Shown piece by piece: positions 61,300 to 64,000 of a DNA stretch of 64,000 nucleotides (within the stretch, counting starts at the first letter, position 1; the number at the start of each line of letters is the position of its first letter). The stretch comes from an uncultured Sulfuricella sp. (GTDB taxonomy: Bacteria > Pseudomonadota > Gammaproteobacteria > Burkholderiales > Sulfuricellaceae), in contig CAZDIJ010000008.1 of the NCBI GenBank assembly GCA_964505475.1, positions 381-64,380 of the forward strand. Direction: 5' to 3'. The translations under genes were made by a program, and so were the position numbers. The notes beneath the pieces are model-generated. The model was not told where the DNA came from. It saw nothing but the letters and a program-made list of their open reading frames with translations, and did not search any database.

Positions 61300-61911
61300 A
61301 TGAACCGGATCAAGAACGGAATCGTCATTGCCGCCCTGGCGGCGCTGGGCGGCTGCAACGCCCTGCAACCTGTCCAGCGGGCGCAGCCCGACACCTATGT
61401 CCTGGATGCGCAATTCCAGCCCGCCGCCGCGCAAGGCACGCTCACCCTGGCGGTGGCGCGGCCGCGGGAAAGCGCGGGCTACGACAGCGCGCGCATGGCC
61501 TACGTGAAAAAGCTCCACGAACTGGATTATTTTTCCCGCAACCAGTGGGTCGACACCCCCGGCAAGATGCTGGCGCCGCTGCTGGTGCGGGCGCTGGAGG
61601 CGGGCGGCGCGTTCCGCGCCGTGGTGCCGTCCCCCGGCGCGGCCGCCGGCCAACTGCGCCTGGAAACCGACATCGTGCGCCTGCAACAGGAATTCCTGAC
61701 CACGCCGAGCCGGGTGCGCTTCACCCTGCGCGCCCAATTGATCGACGTACCCGGCAGGCGGGTGATTGCGACGCGGGAATTCGACATCCTCGAAAACGCC
61801 CCCAGCGACGACCCCTACGGCGGAGTGCTGGCGGCAAACCGGGCGGTGCGGCGCGCCCTGGACGCCACTGCGGAATTCTGCGCCGCCCAGGCGGGATCGC
61901 TCAAGCCGTGA
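61300..61911 (+). CDS. ABC-transport auxiliary lipoprotein (PqiC / DUF330-like)
   Basis: Lipobox ..AALAALGGC. 203 aa; last gene of the Mla/Pqi-like operon. Confidence 0.7.
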   Translation: MNRIKNGIVIAALAALGGCNALQPVQRAQPDTYVLDAQFQPAAAQGTLTLAVARPRESAGYDSARMAYVKKLHELDYFSRNQWVDTPGKMLAPLLVRALEAGGAFRAVVPSPGAAAGQLRLETDIVRLQQEFLTTPSRVRFTLRAQLIDVPGRRVIATREFDILENAPSDDPYGGVLAANRAVRRALDATAEFCAAQAGSLKP

Positions 61912-61916
61912 GCGGC
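61899..61916 (+). repeat. 18-bp direct repeat GCTCAAGCCGTGAGCGGC, copy 1 (covers the lipoprotein gene stop)
   Basis: Identical 18-mer at 62684..62701. The two copies bracket the vapBC cassette. Confidence 0.85.
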
Positions 61917-61976
61917 TACGCTTTTCCGTCTGGATGCGCTACACTACACATAGCACACATATACACGGAGCGCGCC

Positions 61977-62207
61977 ATGCCCCAACTCCATTGCTACGTC
62001 CCCGAAGAGATTGCCCGGCAAGCCCAGCGCCGCGCCGAACAATCCGGCCTGAGCCTATCCCGTTATCTGGCGGAACTGGTCAAGCACGACGCCGAAGTCA
62101 ACGCGGTCTGGCCGGAAGGCTATTTCGACCTCTTCGGCAAGTGGGAAGGCGACCCGCCGGAGCGGCCTCCGCAATTGCCCCTGGAAAAGCGGTTGGAAAT
62201 CGAATGA
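61977..62207 (+). CDS. vapB: Antitoxin (ribbon-helix-helix, VapB-like)
   Basis: MPQLHCYVPEEIARQAQRRAEQSGLSLSRYLAELV.. is RHH-like. The stop overlaps the vapC ATG (ATGA). Confidence 0.75.
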   Translation: MPQLHCYVPEEIARQAQRRAEQSGLSLSRYLAELVKHDAEVNAVWPEGYFDLFGKWEGDPPERPPQLPLEKRLEIE

Positions 62208-62608
62208 TCTACCTGCTCGACACCAACGTCTGCATCCACCTGCTCAACGAACGACACCCGCCCATCCTGCAACGCTTCCGCAGCCACACCCCAGCCGAAA
62301 TCGCCCTGTGCAGCATCGTCAAGGCCGAACTGCTCCACGGCGCGCGGCGCAGCCGGCGGATGGAAGCCAACCTGCAACTGCTCAAGGCCTTTTTCGCGCC
62401 GCTGCGCAGCCTGCCCTTCGACGACCCATGCGCCGAGCACTACGGGCAAATCCAAGCCGATCTGCTGGCACAAGGCAAGCCCATCGGCCCCAACGACACC
62501 CTGATCGCCGCCATCGCCCGCGCCAATGACGCCACACTGGTCACGCACAACACTGGCGAATTCAGCCGAGTGGCGGGGTTGCGGCTGGAGGATTGGGAAA
62601 ACACGTAA
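62204..62608 (+). CDS. vapC: PIN-domain ribonuclease toxin VapC
   Basis: [11 protein letters not shown].. (acidic D6), ..[10 protein letters not shown].., ..[12 protein letters not shown].., ..LVTHNTGEF.. . Confidence 0.88.
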   Translation: MIYLLDTNVCIHLLNERHPPILQRFRSHTPAEIALCSIVKAELLHGARRSRRMEANLQLLKAFFAPLRSLPFDDPCAEHYGQIQADLLAQGKPIGPNDTLIAAIARANDATLVTHNTGEFSRVAGLRLEDWENT

Positions 62609-62683
62609 TGAGTGAACAGCCACAACATGGAACGTACGACAGGCATCCGGCGCAATGCCCTTCGTGGACTGCGCCCTACACTT

Positions 62684-62701
62684 GCTCAAGCCGTGAGCGG
62701 C
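62684..62701 (+). repeat. 18-bp direct repeat GCTCAAGCCGTGAGCGGC, copy 2
   Basis: Perfect copy of 61899..61916, 785 bp downstream. Confidence 0.85.
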
Positions 62702-62766
62702 GCCTCCACAACCTTCCCCCCGTTTCATGGTTAAATAGCGCCTTTTTTCGCCCCGCCCGGAACATC

Positions 62767-64000
62767 ATGACCCTCAGCATCACCCAGCGCATCGCCCAGG
62801 AACTTTCCGTCCATCCCAACCAGGTTCAGGCCGCCGTCGATCTGCTCGACGAAGGCGCCACCGTGCCCTTCATCTCGCGTTACCGCAAGGAAGCCACCGG
62901 CAGCCTCGACGACACCCAGATGCGCAATCTCGAAGAGCGCCTGCGCTACCTGCGCGAGTTGGAGGAGCGGCGCGCTGCGATCATCAAGAGCGTGGCGGAG
63001 CAGGGCAAGCTCAGCCCGGAACTGGAAAAGGATTTGCTCGAAGCCGACAGCAAGACCCGCCTGGAAGACCTTTACCTGCCCTACAAGCCCAAGCGCCGCA
63101 CCAAGGCGCAGATCGCCCGCGAGGCCGGTCTGGAGCCGCTCGCCGAGGCGCTGCTGGGCGACCCCTCGCTGGCGCCGGAAGAAGCCGCGCTGGCTTATGT
63201 CGATGCCGGCAAGGGCGTGCCCGACGTCAAGGCGGCGCTGGAAGGCGCGCGCCACATCCTGATGGAGAAATTCGCCGAGGATGCCGAACTGCTGGGGCAG
63301 TTGCGCGAATACCTGTGGAACAACGCCGTGCTCAAGTCCACCGTGCTGGAGGGCAAGGAGGAGGAAGGCGCCAAATTCCGCGACTATTTCGATTCCCGCG
63401 AGCCGCTGAAGAACATCCCCTCGCACCGCGCCCTGGCGCAATTGCGCGGGCGCAACGAGGGCTTCCTGCAATTGGCGCTGGTGCTGGAGGAGGACGGGCA
63501 GGCCAGGGAACAGGGGCGCAACGCGCCGCCCAACCGCTGCGAGCAGATGATCGCGCGGCGCTTCGGGATTAAATCTTCACCGGCAGCCCTCTCCCCAACC
63601 CTCTCCCGCGAGCGGGAGAGGGAGCAAACGCCGCAGCTCCCGCTCGCGGGAGCTGGTTTGAAATGGTTGAACGAAACCGTCCGCTGGGCGTGGCGGGTGA
63701 AGATTTTCCTGCACCTCGACCTGGAACTCACCAACCGCCTGCGCGAGGCCGCCGAGGCGGAGGCGATCAAGGTATTCGCCCGCAACCTTCACGATCTGCT
63801 GCTCGCCGCGCCCGCCGGGCCGCGCCCGACCATGGGGTTGGACCCCGGCCTGCGCACCGGGGTGAAGGTGGCGGTGGTGGACGCCACCGGCAAGCTGGTC
63901 GATACCGCCACCATCTATCCCCACGAACCCAGGCGCGACTGGGAGCGCTCGCTCGCCGTGCTGGCGGCGCTGGCCGCCAAGCACCGGGTGGAACTCGTCA
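62767..64000 (+). CDS. tex: Transcription accessory protein Tex (S1-domain protein YhgF family), 3' end beyond the window
   Basis: Not in the ORF track because it runs off the window. The frame is open from ATG 62767 to 64000. Product: [72 protein letters not shown].. . Confidence 0.9.
   Translation, partial: MTLSITQRIAQELSVHPNQVQAAVDLLDEGATVPFISRYRKEATGSLDDTQMRNLEERLRYLRELEERRAAIIKSVAEQGKLSPELEKDLLEADSKTRLEDLYLPYKPKRRTKAQIAREAGLEPLAEALLGDPSLAPEEAALAYVDAGKGVPDVKAALEGARHILMEKFAEDAELLGQLREYLWNNAVLKSTVLEGKEEEGAKFRDYFDSREPLKNIPSHRALAQLRGRNEGFLQLALVLEEDGQAREQGRNAPPNRCEQMIARRFGIKSSPAALSPTLSREREREQTPQLPLAGAGLKWLNETVRWAWRVKIFLHLDLELTNRLREAAEAEAIKVFARNLHDLLLAAPAGPRPTMGLDPGLRTGVKVAVVDATGKLVDTATIYPHEPRRDWERSLAVLAALAAKHRVELV
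63586..63657. repeat. GC-rich palindromic repeat units inserted in frame within tex
   Basis: GCCCTCTCCCCAACCCTCTCCCGCGAGCGGGAGAGGGAG..CAGCTCCCGCTCGCGGGAGCTGG, translated as ..[25 protein letters not shown].. . Confidence 0.7.

Noticed and set aside
2796-63657. Possibility that the recurring palindromic units form a CRISPR array
   Set aside because: Copies are dispersed over the whole window at irregular distances, belong to several families, are themselves palindromic, and have no uniform spacers or adjacent cas genes.

Overview
GC-rich proteobacterial chromosomal segment, betaproteobacterium-like by gene content (inference only). All calls come from reading the six-frame track and the DNA by eye; no database search was run. 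Left to right: (1) the tail of a nif cluster: nifN (5' partial), nifX, DUF269, DUF683, fdxB, two small uncharacterised ORFs, nifQ. (2) A candidate inorganic-carbon uptake island. It holds a protein with beta-carbonic-anhydrase-like motifs, convergent with a tightly coupled minus-strand operon SulP - NuoM-like - DabA(DUF2309) - NuoL-like(DabB) - NuoM-like - NuoM-like. A sigma54-type promoter lies upstream, and a sensor kinase plus sigma54-dependent response regulator are divergently encoded. (3) A HAD hydrolase and a membrane protein. (4) A module of two paralogous TonB-dependent receptors, a YfiR-like protein and a histidine kinase, with an FNR-type box upstream of each receptor. (5) nifJ (PFOR), a DsrC/TusE-type protein, hrpA. 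(6) A cytidylate-kinase-like gene translationally coupled to an orphan ATP-synthase-epsilon paralogue. (7) A nitrate assimilation operon, nrtA-nrtB-ATPase-nirD-nirB-nasA, followed by an unusual DmsB-DmsC fusion. It has a near-consensus sigma54 promoter and NtrC-like sites. (8) Split CBS and HPP genes, a frameshifted TumE-like/HTH toxin-antitoxin pair, an M20 amidohydrolase, a HIT-like HxHxQ protein, a ClC channel, a lipoprotein, an Mla/Pqi-like ABC operon, a vapBC cassette flanked by 18-bp direct repeats, and tex (3' partial). The window is littered with several short repeat families. One family behaves as a MITE, with terminal inverted repeats and 9-bp target-site duplications. Related palindromic units sit in frame inside hrpA, nirB and tex. 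No rRNA, tRNA, CRISPR array or transposase gene was recognised. The most novel-looking candidate is the expanded five-gene DAB-like operon with four complex-I antiporter-type subunits and its regulatory and accessory context.
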